64,000 nt of DNA, taken from contig JAFMJV010000007.1 of NCBI GenBank assembly GCA_017853275.1, positions 1,694 to 65,693 on the forward strand, written 5' to 3'. Positions 28,332 through 37,482 of the stretch are shown here, piece after piece (positions within the stretch are counted from its first letter, which is position 1; every line of letters begins with the position of its first letter). The stretch comes from Chloroflexota bacterium. Its GTDB lineage: Bacteria > Chloroflexota > Limnocylindria > Limnocylindrales > CSP1-4. A program made the translations under genes and the position numbers. Under the pieces are notes generated by a model. The model had not been told where the DNA came from and did no database searches. It saw only the letters and a list, made by a program, of their open reading frames with translations.

Positions 28332-30060
28332 GGATCAGCTCCCGGAAGCGCCCCACGTCGCGCAGCTCCGCGTACGTGCCCGACTGGACGATCCGCCCCC
28401 GGTCGATGACGACGATCCGGTCCGCGTCCCGGATCGTGGAGAGGCGGTGCGCGACGACGAGGGTCGTGGCACCCCGCGCGCGGAGCCGCTCCTCCACCTC
28501 CGCCTCCACGATCGGGTCGAGGGCGCTCGTCGCCTCGTCCAGGACGAGGATCCGCGGCTCCCGGACGATCGCGCGCGCGATCGCGAGGCGCTGGAGCTCG
28601 CCCCCGCTGAAGCCGCCCGCGCCCGGGCCCACCGGCTCGTCCAGGCCGAGCGGACGCGCGTCCACGGCCGCCTCGATCCGGGCATCGCGGAGGGCCCGGA
28701 CGATCGCCGACTCCGGGATCGTCTCGTCGAAGAGGGTGAGGTTCTCGCGGATCGTGCCGGGGACCAGGAGCGGCGCCTGCGGGACATAGGCGAGCGCGGC
28801 GACCCGGTCGGCACGCGGCATCGCGAGCCGGGGGACCCCGTCGATCGTCACGGTCCCGGCCCACGGGCGGAGCTCACCGATCGCGATGCGGATGATCGTG
28901 GACTTGCCGCTCCCGCTCGCCCCCACGAGCGCGACCCGCGCCCCCTCGGGCACCTCGAGCTCCAGCCCGTCCAGGAGCGGGGGCCCATCCGGCGCGTAGC
29001 CGAAGCGGAGGCCGCGGAGGGCGAGCGCCGCCGGGCGCCACGGGATGGCAGGGTCCGGCGCCACCTGGACGACCGCGGGACCCTCCGCCTCCGGATCGAG
29101 GGGGAGCGCGCGGATCTCGGCGGTCATCGCGTCCGCGCTGCGCACGCTCGCGAGCAGGACGCCGAGCCAGACGAGCTGGCCCGCCGGCACGAGCATCTGG
29201 ATGAGGAAGGTCTGCGCGCCCACGAGCCCGCCGAGGGTCAGCTCCCCTGCGAGGACGAGGAAGGAGCCGAGGCCGAGGATGAGGGTGAGCCCGGCGGCGA
29301 TGGTGACCGCCGGGACGATCGCGAGCCGCTGGCTGTCCGTGCCGAGCGCGGTGATCGCGGCGGCCCGGCGGTCGCGCACGCGTCCCCATCGGGCGAAGAC
29401 CCAGCCCTCCGCGGCCGTGGCCTTCACCGTCTCGATCGCGCGCACGATCCCGGTGAGCGTGGTCAGCTGGTCCACGCGCGCATCGTCCGCGGCGCGCTGC
29501 GCGGCCTCGCGCCCGCGGAGAAGCCGGACGGTGGTGGCCATGGAGAGCGCCACCACGGCGATGCCGGCGAGGGCGAGCCGCGCGTCCACGAGGAAGGCCG
29601 CCAGCGCGAAGACGGTGAGCCCGGTGACGTTGATCGCCAACGCGCGGGTGAGGAAGATCCCGGCCGAGACGGCGAGCGTCTGGGTGGCCGCCCCGCGCGC
29701 GGCGAGCCCGGACGCCCCCTCGCCGTCCACGACCGGGGCCGGCAGGCGGAGCACGTGCCAGGCCAGGCCCGCCGCGTCCGCGGTCGCCGTCCGGACCGCG
29801 TGCCGGGCGAGGAGGCGAAGCTGAAGCCAGGTCACGAGGAGCGCGATGACGATGAGGAGGGCGAGGAGGAGGAGGAGCGGCTGCTGCCAACCGTCCTCGC
29901 CGGCCACGAGGACACGGTCCACGTAGACCCGGACCACGATCGGCAGGGTGAGCCCGGGGATGAGGGCGAGGAGCGTCGTCGCGAGGAGCGCGGCAAGGAC
30001 GGCCGGCTCACGCGGGACGCGGGGGAGGCGCGCCCGCGCCACGCCCGCGGGGGCCGTCAT
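28324..30060 (-). CDS. NHLM bacteriocin system ABC transporter (TIGR03796-like) lacking the C39 peptidase domain
   Basis: 578 aa beginning directly at the membrane domain (start MTAPAG, ATGA overlap); WHVLRLP, IETVKA, F.RW, GASGSGKS, FSGGELQR, LDEAT, AHRLST. Confidence 0.82.
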   Translation of the reverse strand: MTAPAGVARARLPRVPREPAVLAALLATTLLALIPGLTLPIVVRVYVDRVLVAGEDGWQQPLLLLLALLIVIALLVTWLQLRLLARHAVRTATADAAGLAWHVLRLPAPVVDGEGASGLAARGAATQTLAVSAGIFLTRALAINVTGLTVFALAAFLVDARLALAGIAVVALSMATTVRLLRGREAAQRAADDARVDQLTTLTGIVRAIETVKATAAEGWVFARWGRVRDRRAAAITALGTDSQRLAIVPAVTIAAGLTLILGLGSFLVLAGELTLGGLVGAQTFLIQMLVPAGQLVWLGVLLASVRSADAMTAEIRALPLDPEAEGPAVVQVAPDPAIPWRPAALALRGLRFGYAPDGPPLLDGLELEVPEGARVALVGASGSGKSTIIRIAIGELRPWAGTVTIDGVPRLAMPRADRVAALAYVPQAPLLVPGTIRENLTLFDETIPESAIVRALRDARIEAAVDARPLGLDEPVGPGAGGFSGGELQRLAIARAIVREPRILVLDEATSALDPIVEAEVEERLRARGATTLVVAHRLSTIRDADRIVVIDRGRIVQSGTYAELRDVGRFRELIHG

Positions 30061-30872
30061 GGCGTGATCAGGTCGATCGGGCGCTCCCCCGCCACCACGA
30101 CCCGCAGGGCGCCCACGGCCCCCGCACGCACCGTGATCGCAGGCCCCGCTCCGGAGCTCCAGGCGTACCCGCTCGGCGTCGCCGGGTCCCGGACGAGGCC
30201 CACGGTCACCTCCACGACCGGGCCGGCGGCGAGGAGGTCCTCCACGAGCGCGCGGTTCCCGGCCACGAGGAGGAGGGCACGCTCCTCGTCGACGGGGAGC
30301 GGCGCCACGGAGAGGACGGTGCCCCGCAGCGACCCCCACTGGGCGGATGGGACGCCGCCGAGATCGATGAGCGCGCTCATCCCCGGCTCCACGGCCCGGC
30401 TGTCGCGCGCCGGGACGAAGCCGGCGTAGATGAGCGGCACCGTCGTCGGCTCGATCGTGGCGATCCCCGTCCCGGCGGTCGTGTACGCACCTCCGCGGAC
30501 GAGGACGGACGCGACCCGGCCATCGACCGGGCTGGCGATCGTCCGGAGGACGCCTGCGTCATCGCGGATCGTCGCGATCTCCTCCCCGGCCCGGACCTCC
30601 GAGCCCGGCTCCACGCCGATCGTCTCCACGAGACCCGCGAACTCCACCCCGACCTCGCGGAAGCCCCCGTCCGGCAGGACCATCCCGTGGCCGCCCACGG
30701 TCACGGGGACCGACCCGAAGAGGACCCAGCCGAGCGCCGCCGCCGCCGCGAGGAGGAGCCCCGCGAGGACGATCCAGGTGGGCCGGTCCGCCACCACGAG
30801 GCGCTCTCCCACGAGAGCGGAGGGATCCGGCGCCGGGACCTCCTCGGTGGGCGGGGTCGGTGGCTGGGTCAT
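30057..30872 (-). CDS. NHLM bacteriocin system secretion protein (HlyD/membrane-fusion family, TIGR03794-like, short form)
   Basis: One TM helix, GSVPVTVGGHG, lipoyl-like halves, GSLRGTVLSVAPLP, DPATPSGYAWSSGAGP, ERPIDLITP. Confidence 0.85.
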   Translation of the reverse strand: MTQPPTPPTEEVPAPDPSALVGERLVVADRPTWIVLAGLLLAAAAALGWVLFGSVPVTVGGHGMVLPDGGFREVGVEFAGLVETIGVEPGSEVRAGEEIATIRDDAGVLRTIASPVDGRVASVLVRGGAYTTAGTGIATIEPTTVPLIYAGFVPARDSRAVEPGMSALIDLGGVPSAQWGSLRGTVLSVAPLPVDEERALLLVAGNRALVEDLLAAGPVVEVTVGLVRDPATPSGYAWSSGAGPAITVRAGAVGALRVVVAGERPIDLITP

Positions 30873-30933
30873 CGCGCGATTGTAGGAGGGGGCGGGCGCC
30901 CGGACCTCGGCCGGGACCGCTACGCTCTCCTGC
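30873..30933. promoter_or_regulatory. Back-to-back leaderless promoters
   Basis: Minus strand TACAAT (30884-30879)-N6-ATG; plus strand TACGCT (30921-30926)-N7-GTG; no SD on either side. Confidence 0.65.
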
Positions 30934-32124
30934 GTGCGTATCGTCGGCCTCATGTCCGGGACGAGCGCGGACGGGATCGACGCGATCCTGTGCCGCGTGG
31001 AGGGGAGCCCGCCCGCGCTCTCCGTCACCGTGGATGCCTTCCGCGCCCTCCCCTTCCCTGCCGAGCTCCAGGCGCGGATCCATGCCGCGGCGGCGGCCGG
31101 GGGCGCGGACGCGGAGGCGATCTGCCGACTGAATGCCGCGCTCGGCGAGCGGTTCGCGGACGCGGCGCTCGCGGTCATCCGCGATGCCGGGTTCAGCCCC
31201 GCGGAGGTCGACCTCATCGGGTCGCATGGGCAGACCCTGTGGCACGCCGTGGATCCGGACGGCTCGGTGGCCGCCACCCTCCAGGTGGGCGAGCCCGCGG
31301 TCATCGCGGAGCGGACGGGGATCACGACGATCGCAGGCTTCCGGACGCGGGATGTGGCCGCCGGCGGGCAGGGCGCCCCGCTCGTGAGCACCCTGGACGC
31401 GCTCCTCTTCCGCCACCCCAGCGCGTGGCGCGCCCTCCAGAACATCGGGGGGATCGGGAACGTCACCCTCCTCCCGCCGCTCGCGGACCCCGCCTCGCGC
31501 CCGCTCGCCTTCGACACCGGCCCGGGGAACGCGCTCATCGACGAGCTCGTGCGCACGATCAGCCGCGGCGGGGAGCAGCTGGACACGGACGGCCGGCGTG
31601 CCGCGCGCGGCAGCGTGGACGAGGCCTGGCTCGCGGAGCTCCTCGCGGACCGTTGGTACGCCACCCCGCCGCCCCGGACCACGGGCCGCGAGCGCTTCTC
31701 GCCGGAGCTCGCCCGCCACCTCCTCCTCCACGGCCGGAACCGCGGCCTGGACGACGATTCGATCGTGGCCACGGTGACCGCGCTCACGGCCGGCTCGATC
31801 GCGGACGCGATCCGGCGCTTCGCCCCGGCCCCGCCCGCCGAGCTCGTCCTCTCCGGGGGCGGCGCCCGGAACCCGTGGCTCGTGGCGCGGATCGCGGCCC
31901 TTCTCCCCGGCGTCCGGGTCCTGGAGCTCGCGGAGCTCGGGGTGCGCGGCGAGGAGAAGGAGGCGCTCGCCTTCGCGGTCATGGCGCACGAGACGTGGCA
32001 CGGGCGGCCGTGGAGCCGTCCCGCCTTCACCGGCGTCCGCCACCCCGTCATCCTGGGGAGCATCGTCCCCGGCAACAACCATGCCGCGCTCCTGCGGCGG
32101 ACGCTCCGGGAGGGCGCGGGGTGA
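30934..32124 (+). CDS. anmK: Anhydro-N-acetylmuramic acid kinase
   Basis: GLMSGTSADGID, GSHGQT, DVAAGGQGAPL, NIGGIGN, FDTGPGN, TGRERF, GGGARN, KEALAFA. Confidence 0.96.
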   Translation: MRIVGLMSGTSADGIDAILCRVEGSPPALSVTVDAFRALPFPAELQARIHAAAAAGGADAEAICRLNAALGERFADAALAVIRDAGFSPAEVDLIGSHGQTLWHAVDPDGSVAATLQVGEPAVIAERTGITTIAGFRTRDVAAGGQGAPLVSTLDALLFRHPSAWRALQNIGGIGNVTLLPPLADPASRPLAFDTGPGNALIDELVRTISRGGEQLDTDGRRAARGSVDEAWLAELLADRWYATPPPRTTGRERFSPELARHLLLHGRNRGLDDDSIVATVTALTAGSIADAIRRFAPAPPAELVLSGGGARNPWLVARIAALLPGVRVLELAELGVRGEEKEALAFAVMAHETWHGRPWSRPAFTGVRHPVILGSIVPGNNHAALLRRTLREGAG

Positions 32125-33014
32125 GCACGGAAGGACGGAACCCGCGCACGGAGCGGATCGACGAGCTGCCCACCCTGGAGGTCGTCCGGCTCCTCGCCGC
32201 GGAGGATGCGCTCGTGCCGCCGGTGGTGGCCGCGGCCGCGCCCGCGATCGCCCGCGCGGTGGACGGGATCGTGGCGCGGATGCGCGCCGGCGGACGGCTG
32301 ATCTACGCGGGGGCGGGGACGAGCGGACGACTCGCGATGCTCGATGCCGTGGAGTGCGTCCCCACCTACGGCGTCCCGCCCGGGCTCGTGGTCGCGCTCG
32401 TGGCGGGCGGCGCGCCGGCGCTCTCCGGCTCCGTGGAGGACGCCGAGGATTCCGCGGAGGGTGGCGCTGCGGCCGTGCGGGCGGTGGGGACCGGGCCGCA
32501 GGACACCCTCGTGGGGATCGCCGCGAGCGGCCGGACCCCCTTCGTCCTTGGCGCGCTCGCCGCAGCGAAGGAGGCGGGTGCGCTCACCGTCGCGATCTCC
32601 TGCAACGACCCTGCGCCGATCCTCGCGGCCGCGGAGATCGCGATCGGCCTCCCCACCGGCCCGGAGCCGGTGGCGGGCTCGACGCGGATGAAGGCGGGGA
32701 CCGCGCAGAAGCTCACCCTGAACGCGATCAGCACCGCCACCTTCATCCGGCTCGGGAAGGTCCACGGGAACCGGATGATCGAGGTCGCGGTGACGAACGA
32801 GAAGCTGCGCGGGCGGGCGACCGGGCTCGTGGCGGAGATCCTCGGCGTGGAGAACGGGGAGGCCGCGCGCCTCCTCGCCCTCGCGAACGACCACGTCCCC
32901 ACCGCGGTCCTCATCGGGGCGCGCGGCCTGGCGCCGGATGCCGCGCGGGCACTGCTCGCGGCGCACGGCGGCGTCCTCCGCTCCGCCCTGGACGCGAGCG
33001 CACCCGCGCGCTGA
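32121..33014 (+). CDS. murQ: N-acetylmuramic acid 6-phosphate etherase
   Basis: TEGRNPRT, GAGTSGRL..LDAVEC.PTYG, EDAED, GIAASGRTP, GSTRMKAGTAQK, NEKL; GTGA overlap. Confidence 0.96.
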   Translation: MSTEGRNPRTERIDELPTLEVVRLLAAEDALVPPVVAAAAPAIARAVDGIVARMRAGGRLIYAGAGTSGRLAMLDAVECVPTYGVPPGLVVALVAGGAPALSGSVEDAEDSAEGGAAAVRAVGTGPQDTLVGIAASGRTPFVLGALAAAKEAGALTVAISCNDPAPILAAAEIAIGLPTGPEPVAGSTRMKAGTAQKLTLNAISTATFIRLGKVHGNRMIEVAVTNEKLRGRATGLVAEILGVENGEAARLLALANDHVPTAVLIGARGLAPDAARALLAAHGGVLRSALDASAPAR

Positions 33015-33067
33015 AGGGGTCGGATGGACCTTCCCGGACCCGCCCGGGATGTCATCATGCGGACCGG

Positions 33068-33092
33068 CGGGGGCGGCACGGTGTCGCCCCCG
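33068..33092 (+). promoter_or_regulatory. Hairpin in the leader of the SBP gene
   Basis: CGGGGGCGGCA-CGG-TGTCGCCCCCG (one G-U pair). Confidence 0.4.
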
Positions 33093-33115
33093 GATCATTC
33101 TCGGAAGGGAGTCAG

Positions 33116-34351
33116 ATGACCGCTCGATCGACGATCGTGCGAGCCGGGCTTGCCGGCGCGCTCGCCGCCGCTCTCGTCCTGCCCGCCGGCGCCGCGCTCG
33201 GCCAGGGCACGACGATCTCGTTCCTCACCCCGCCCTGGGGCGCCCCGCCGGATCAGGCCCTCCTCGACGCCTTCCAGGCGGAGAGCGGGATCACGGTGGA
33301 TATCCAGTCGGTCCAGATGACCGACCTCTTCAGCCGCGTCCAGGTCGCGGCCGGCTCCGGCACGCCCGCCGCGGACGTCATCTTCCTCACGGAGGAGGCG
33401 CCCTCGAACATCGTGGCGACCGGGAACATGATGCCGCTCAACGACCTGATGGCGGGCGTGGACCTCTCGGACTTCACGAAGACCGACTTCTGGACGATGG
33501 ACGGCCAGCTCTACGGCGTGCCGGTCTACAACCAGCTCGTGATGATGGACTTCAACGAGAAGCGGCTCGCGCAGGCCGGCTTCACGGCGCGCCCGGAGAC
33601 CTGGGCGGAGCTGAAGGACCAGGCCCTCGCGATCAAGGCGCAGGGGATCGACGAGTACCCGATCGCGATGGGCGCGATCGACTGGTCGTGGTACCTCATC
33701 GCGCTCTCCATGGGCGACCCGATGTTCGACGCGGACCTCAACCCGGTCTTCGCGGACGAGGGCTCCAAGGGGCGTGAGGCGATGGCGACCCTCCTCTCGT
33801 TCTTCTCCGAGGGGCTGATCACGCCGGACATGCTCTCCGGCGCCACCACCCAGCACACCGCCTTCTGGAGCGGCAGCGGCACCTTCCACCAGGGCTGGCA
33901 GGGCTCGGTCGTCGTGGGCAACGGCGCCGATTCCGCCCAGGCCCCGGACGTCCGCTACCTCCGCCTCCCGGAGGCCGGCTTCACGTGGAGCTTCCCCGCG
34001 GCGATCGGCATCGGCGCCGGCAGCCAGAACGCGGAGGCCGCGAAGACCTTCATCGAGTGGTACACCTCCCCGGAGAACCAGCTCGCGATCTACAACGCGT
34101 TCGGGCTCTACCCGTCGCGCACCTCGGTCGCCGAGCAGCTCGCCGCCGAGGACAAGATCGCCGGCAACGACGTGATCGTGGAGCAGTCGGCGCTCGTCAA
34201 CGAGCTCCCGCGCTACGCGCTCTGGTGGGGCCCCTTCACGACCGCCGTCTCCACGGCGATCCTGGAGGCCGCCCAGACCGGCACGCCGGCGGACGAGGTG
34301 ATCGACGCGCTCGCGCAGGAGTGGAACGACCTCCGCGCCGAGTACGAGTGA
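33116..34351 (+). CDS. Carbohydrate ABC transporter substrate-binding protein (CUT1)
   Basis: Signal peptide ending ALG-QG; DGQLYGVP, PETWAEL; followed by two CUT1 permeases. Confidence 0.9.
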   Translation: MTARSTIVRAGLAGALAAALVLPAGAALGQGTTISFLTPPWGAPPDQALLDAFQAESGITVDIQSVQMTDLFSRVQVAAGSGTPAADVIFLTEEAPSNIVATGNMMPLNDLMAGVDLSDFTKTDFWTMDGQLYGVPVYNQLVMMDFNEKRLAQAGFTARPETWAELKDQALAIKAQGIDEYPIAMGAIDWSWYLIALSMGDPMFDADLNPVFADEGSKGREAMATLLSFFSEGLITPDMLSGATTQHTAFWSGSGTFHQGWQGSVVVGNGADSAQAPDVRYLRLPEAGFTWSFPAAIGIGAGSQNAEAAKTFIEWYTSPENQLAIYNAFGLYPSRTSVAEQLAAEDKIAGNDVIVEQSALVNELPRYALWWGPFTTAVSTAILEAAQTGTPADEVIDALAQEWNDLRAEYE

Positions 34352-34380
34352 TCGACCGTCCCTGACGGAACGACGATGAT

Positions 34381-34421
34381 GACGGCCCCCGTGTCACGAG
34401 CGATCGTGCGCGGGGGCCGTC
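34381..34421 (+). promoter_or_regulatory. Intercistronic stem-loop after the SBP gene (mRNA stabiliser or attenuator)
   Basis: GACGGCCCCCG...CACGA-GCGA-TCGTG...CGGGGGCCGTC. Confidence 0.6.
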
Positions 34422-34443
34422 GCGCGTCCCGGGGGCGCGGCGG

Positions 34444-35355
34444 ATGAGCAGGATCCTCACCCGCGACCGCCTCTTCATCCTCGCCTTCCTCGTCCCGATC
34501 GTGGTGATCGTGGCGATCCTCGTCTACCTCCCCGCGGCGGACACGCTCCGGGCGAGCCTGACGAACCAGAACCTGCGCCTCGCGAACAAGCCGATCGAGT
34601 GGGTCGGCCTGGAGAACTACGGGCGGCTCCTCGCGGACGAGGAGTTCCTCGAGGTGACGATGCGGAGCATCCTCCTCGTGGCGATCACCCTCCCGCTCGA
34701 GCTCCTCATCGCGTTCGGCGCGGCGCTCCTTCTCAACGAGCACTTCCCCGGCCGCGGCGCGGTCCGGACGCTCGTCCTCCTCCCCTGGCTCGTCCCCCCG
34801 GTCGTCAACGGCTTCCTCTGGGGCTGGATCCTCAACGGGGAGTTCGGGGCGCTGAACGGTCTCCTGTGGCAGCTGGGGATCATCGGCGACTACCAGTACT
34901 GGCTCGCGGAGCCCTCCACCCAGATGCTGTGGGTCGCCGTGGTCCAGACCTGGACGCGCTTCGCCTTCCCCACGATCATCCTCCTCGCCGGCCTCCAGGG
35001 GATCCCGTGGGACCTCTATGACGCGGCCAAGGTGGACGGTGCGGGCGCCTGGCGCCGCCTCTGGAGCCTGACGATCCCGATGCTCCGCCCCTCGATCGCG
35101 ATCGCGCTCGTGGTGGAGGCGATCGCCTCCTTCCAGATCTTCGATGTCGTCTGGACGCTCACCTCCGGGGCGTCGGCGGGCGGCGCGATCAACCCCTTCA
35201 CGAAGACCCTGATGATCTGGAACTACGAGCTCGTCTTCCGCGACCTGCGGATCGGGCTCGGCGCGGCGCTCTCGTGGATCGTGCTCGCGATGTCGCTCGT
35301 CATCGGGCTCGTCTTCATCGCCCGGATCTACAACCAGGGCGTGCGGGACAAGTGA
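34444..35355 (+). CDS. Carbohydrate ABC transporter permease
   Basis: WVGLENY, LAGLQGIP.DLYDAAKVDGA EAA loop. Confidence 0.93.
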   Translation: MSRILTRDRLFILAFLVPIVVIVAILVYLPAADTLRASLTNQNLRLANKPIEWVGLENYGRLLADEEFLEVTMRSILLVAITLPLELLIAFGAALLLNEHFPGRGAVRTLVLLPWLVPPVVNGFLWGWILNGEFGALNGLLWQLGIIGDYQYWLAEPSTQMLWVAVVQTWTRFAFPTIILLAGLQGIPWDLYDAAKVDGAGAWRRLWSLTIPMLRPSIAIALVVEAIASFQIFDVVWTLTSGASAGGAINPFTKTLMIWNYELVFRDLRIGLGAALSWIVLAMSLVIGLVFIARIYNQGVRDK

Positions 35356-35356
35356 G

Positions 35357-36235
35357 ATGACCCTCCGCCGGCGGCGCCTCCGCCTCCTCCTCATCTACCT
35401 CGCCTGCGCCGTCCTCCTCTTCTGGGCGCTCGCACCGATCTACTGGGTCGTGGTCTCGAGCATCTCCACGCGGACCGAGCTCTACGCTGCGCCGCAGAAG
35501 ATCTGGTTCCCGTCGGCGCCCACGCTGGAGAACTACCTCGCGCTCTTCGGCGGCGGGGACGGCTACCGAGGCGCGAACGCCACGCCCACCGCGAACCTCA
35601 TGCTCACCGGGCTCCGCAACAGCATCCTCACGAGCGTGAGCGCGGCGGCCCTCGTCACGCTCCTGTGCACGGGGGCGGGATACGTCTTCGCGCGGATGCG
35701 CTTCCGGGGGAAGGGGATCTCCTTCCTCTTCATCATGCTCCTCATGCCGCTCCCGCTCTGGGTCGCGCTCATCGCCCTCTTCTTCATCATGACCCGGGCC
35801 GGCCTCGTGGATACGATCCCCGGCCTCGTCATCCTCTTCACCGTCTTCCAGGTCCCGCTCGCGGTCTGGCTGATGGCGACCTTCGTCCGCGACATCCCGA
35901 TCGACGTGGAGGAGGCGGGGCTGATGGACGGCGCCACCCGCTGGCAGATCCTCCGCCACCTCGTGGCGCCGCTCGCGAAACCCGGGATGGTCGCGGTCTT
36001 CCTCGTCACCCTTCTCACGACCTGGAACAGCTTCATGATCCCGCTCATGTTCACGCGGACGGACGCCGCCCAGACGATGACCGTCGTCCTCACCCTCTTC
36101 ATCGGCCAGTACGAGGTGGCCTGGGAGGCGATGTCCGCGGCGGCGGTCGTGACGATGCTCCCGCCCTTCATCCTCGCCCTCTTCTTCCAGCGCTACCTCG
36201 TCCGCGGGCTGACGCTCGGCGCCGTCAAGGGATGA
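35357..36235 (+). CDS. Carbohydrate ABC transporter permease
   Basis: PTLENY, IPIDVEEAGLMDGA, FQRYLVRGLTLGAVKG. Confidence 0.93.
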   Translation: MTLRRRRLRLLLIYLACAVLLFWALAPIYWVVVSSISTRTELYAAPQKIWFPSAPTLENYLALFGGGDGYRGANATPTANLMLTGLRNSILTSVSAAALVTLLCTGAGYVFARMRFRGKGISFLFIMLLMPLPLWVALIALFFIMTRAGLVDTIPGLVILFTVFQVPLAVWLMATFVRDIPIDVEEAGLMDGATRWQILRHLVAPLAKPGMVAVFLVTLLTTWNSFMIPLMFTRTDAAQTMTVVLTLFIGQYEVAWEAMSAAAVVTMLPPFILALFFQRYLVRGLTLGAVKG

Positions 36236-37482
36236 GCGCGGCGTCCGCGGCGGGCGACCCGGCAGAGGGGACGATCGCCCGGGACCGGCTCCCGGCGGGC
36301 GTCGGCCGCGCGATCGATGCGCGGGTGCGCGCCGCCATCCCCGTGGTCGCCCCGGCCGTCTCGGTCGCGGTCTTCCGCGATGGGGATCTCGTCCTCGATG
36401 CCGCGTGGGGCCATGCGGACCCGGAGACGGGGACGCCGGCCACGCCGGAGCTCCGCTTCGACCTCGCCTCGCTCACGAAGCTCCTCACCGCCACGCTCGT
36501 CCTGCGCGCCGTGAGCGCGGGGCGGGCAGGGCTGGACGATCCGCTCGCGCAGGCCGTCCCGGAGCTGATCGGTGCCGGGCCCCGCGGCGTGGACGGAGGC
36601 CAGGACCCCTTCGACCTCGTCATCGCACCCGCGCCCGCCACGCACGCCGGCCTGCGCGTGGACCCCGCGCTCCCCACCGTCCGCCAGGCGCTCGCCCACA
36701 TCTCCGGGCTCGCCCCGTGGCGCGCACTCTTCCTCGCCGCCGGTCCTGTCCCGCCCGCGCCCCCGGCACCGGACCCGGTGGGATGTGCGGAGCGCCGCGC
36801 CGCGGTCCTTGCCGCGATCGGCGCGGCGCCCTTCGTGGACCGGCCGGGCGCGGCGATCCGCTACAGCGACCTCGGCTTCATCCTCCTCGGCGAGCTCGTC
36901 CGGCGGCGGCTCACGGAGCGCCCGGACGCGGAGCTCGATGCGCTCCTCGCCGCGCACCTCGCGGGTCCGCTCGGTCTGGCGAGCGTGGGGTACCGGCCGC
37001 TCGCCGCGGGCGTCGCGCGGACTCGGATCGCCCCCACGAGCGTGGATCTCCGCTGGCGCGGGCGGCGCGCCTGGGGCGAGGTGGAGGACGAGAACGCGGC
37101 AGGGCTCGGCGGGGTGAGCGGGCACGCGGGGGCCTTCGCGACCGCACGGGATGTGGCGGCCTTCGGGGAGGCCTGGCGGAGCGGGGATCCGCGCCTCGGG
37201 ATCGACCCGGGCCTGCGCGCGGATGCGGTCCGCGTGGTCGCCACGGAGCCCGGGGAGGCGCGAGGGCTCGGCTGGCAGCTGCGGCCCGCGGACGGCTCCG
37301 GGATCCTCGGCCCGCTCGGCGCGGACGCCTACGGCCACACCGGCTTCACGGGGACCGCGCTCGCGGTGGACCCGGGGCGGCGGCTCGTGGTGGCGATCCT
37401 CACGAACCGCGTCCACGCGGGCCGCTTCACCCCCGGGGTGGACGCGCTCCAGCACGACCTCCACGCCCTCCTCGCCGGATGA
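36232..37482 (+). CDS. AmpC-fold serine hydrolase, AmiE/YbbE-like (candidate MurNAc-L-Ala amidase)
   Basis: FDLASLTK (SxxK), YSDLGF, GEVEDENA, GHAGAF, GHTGFTGT, LTNRVH; inside the anmK-murQ operon. Confidence 0.8.
   Translation: MSAASAAGDPAEGTIARDRLPAGVGRAIDARVRAAIPVVAPAVSVAVFRDGDLVLDAAWGHADPETGTPATPELRFDLASLTKLLTATLVLRAVSAGRAGLDDPLAQAVPELIGAGPRGVDGGQDPFDLVIAPAPATHAGLRVDPALPTVRQALAHISGLAPWRALFLAAGPVPPAPPAPDPVGCAERRAAVLAAIGAAPFVDRPGAAIRYSDLGFILLGELVRRRLTERPDAELDALLAAHLAGPLGLASVGYRPLAAGVARTRIAPTSVDLRWRGRRAWGEVEDENAAGLGGVSGHAGAFATARDVAAFGEAWRSGDPRLGIDPGLRADAVRVVATEPGEARGLGWQLRPADGSGILGPLGADAYGHTGFTGTALAVDPGRRLVVAILTNRVHAGRFTPGVDALQHDLHALLAG

Noticed and set aside
22902-30933. NHLP/Nif11/lanthipeptide precursor or maturase for the NHLM exporter
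   Set aside because: The operon is fully tiled by overlapping genes and closed by a terminator. No short ORF with a double-glycine leader or Cys/Ser/Thr-rich core was seen. A precursor elsewhere in the genome cannot be excluded.
30057-33098. 1013-aa ORF as a long adaptor fusion
   Set aside because: The N-terminal part is antisense to anmK and murQ; the real gene starts at 30872 after a -10 box.
25441-37482. Antibiotic-resistance beta-lactamases
   Set aside because: Both serine hydrolases lack signal peptides. One has SDG instead of SDN and the other has AmiE-type motifs in a murQ operon, so resistance is unsupported.
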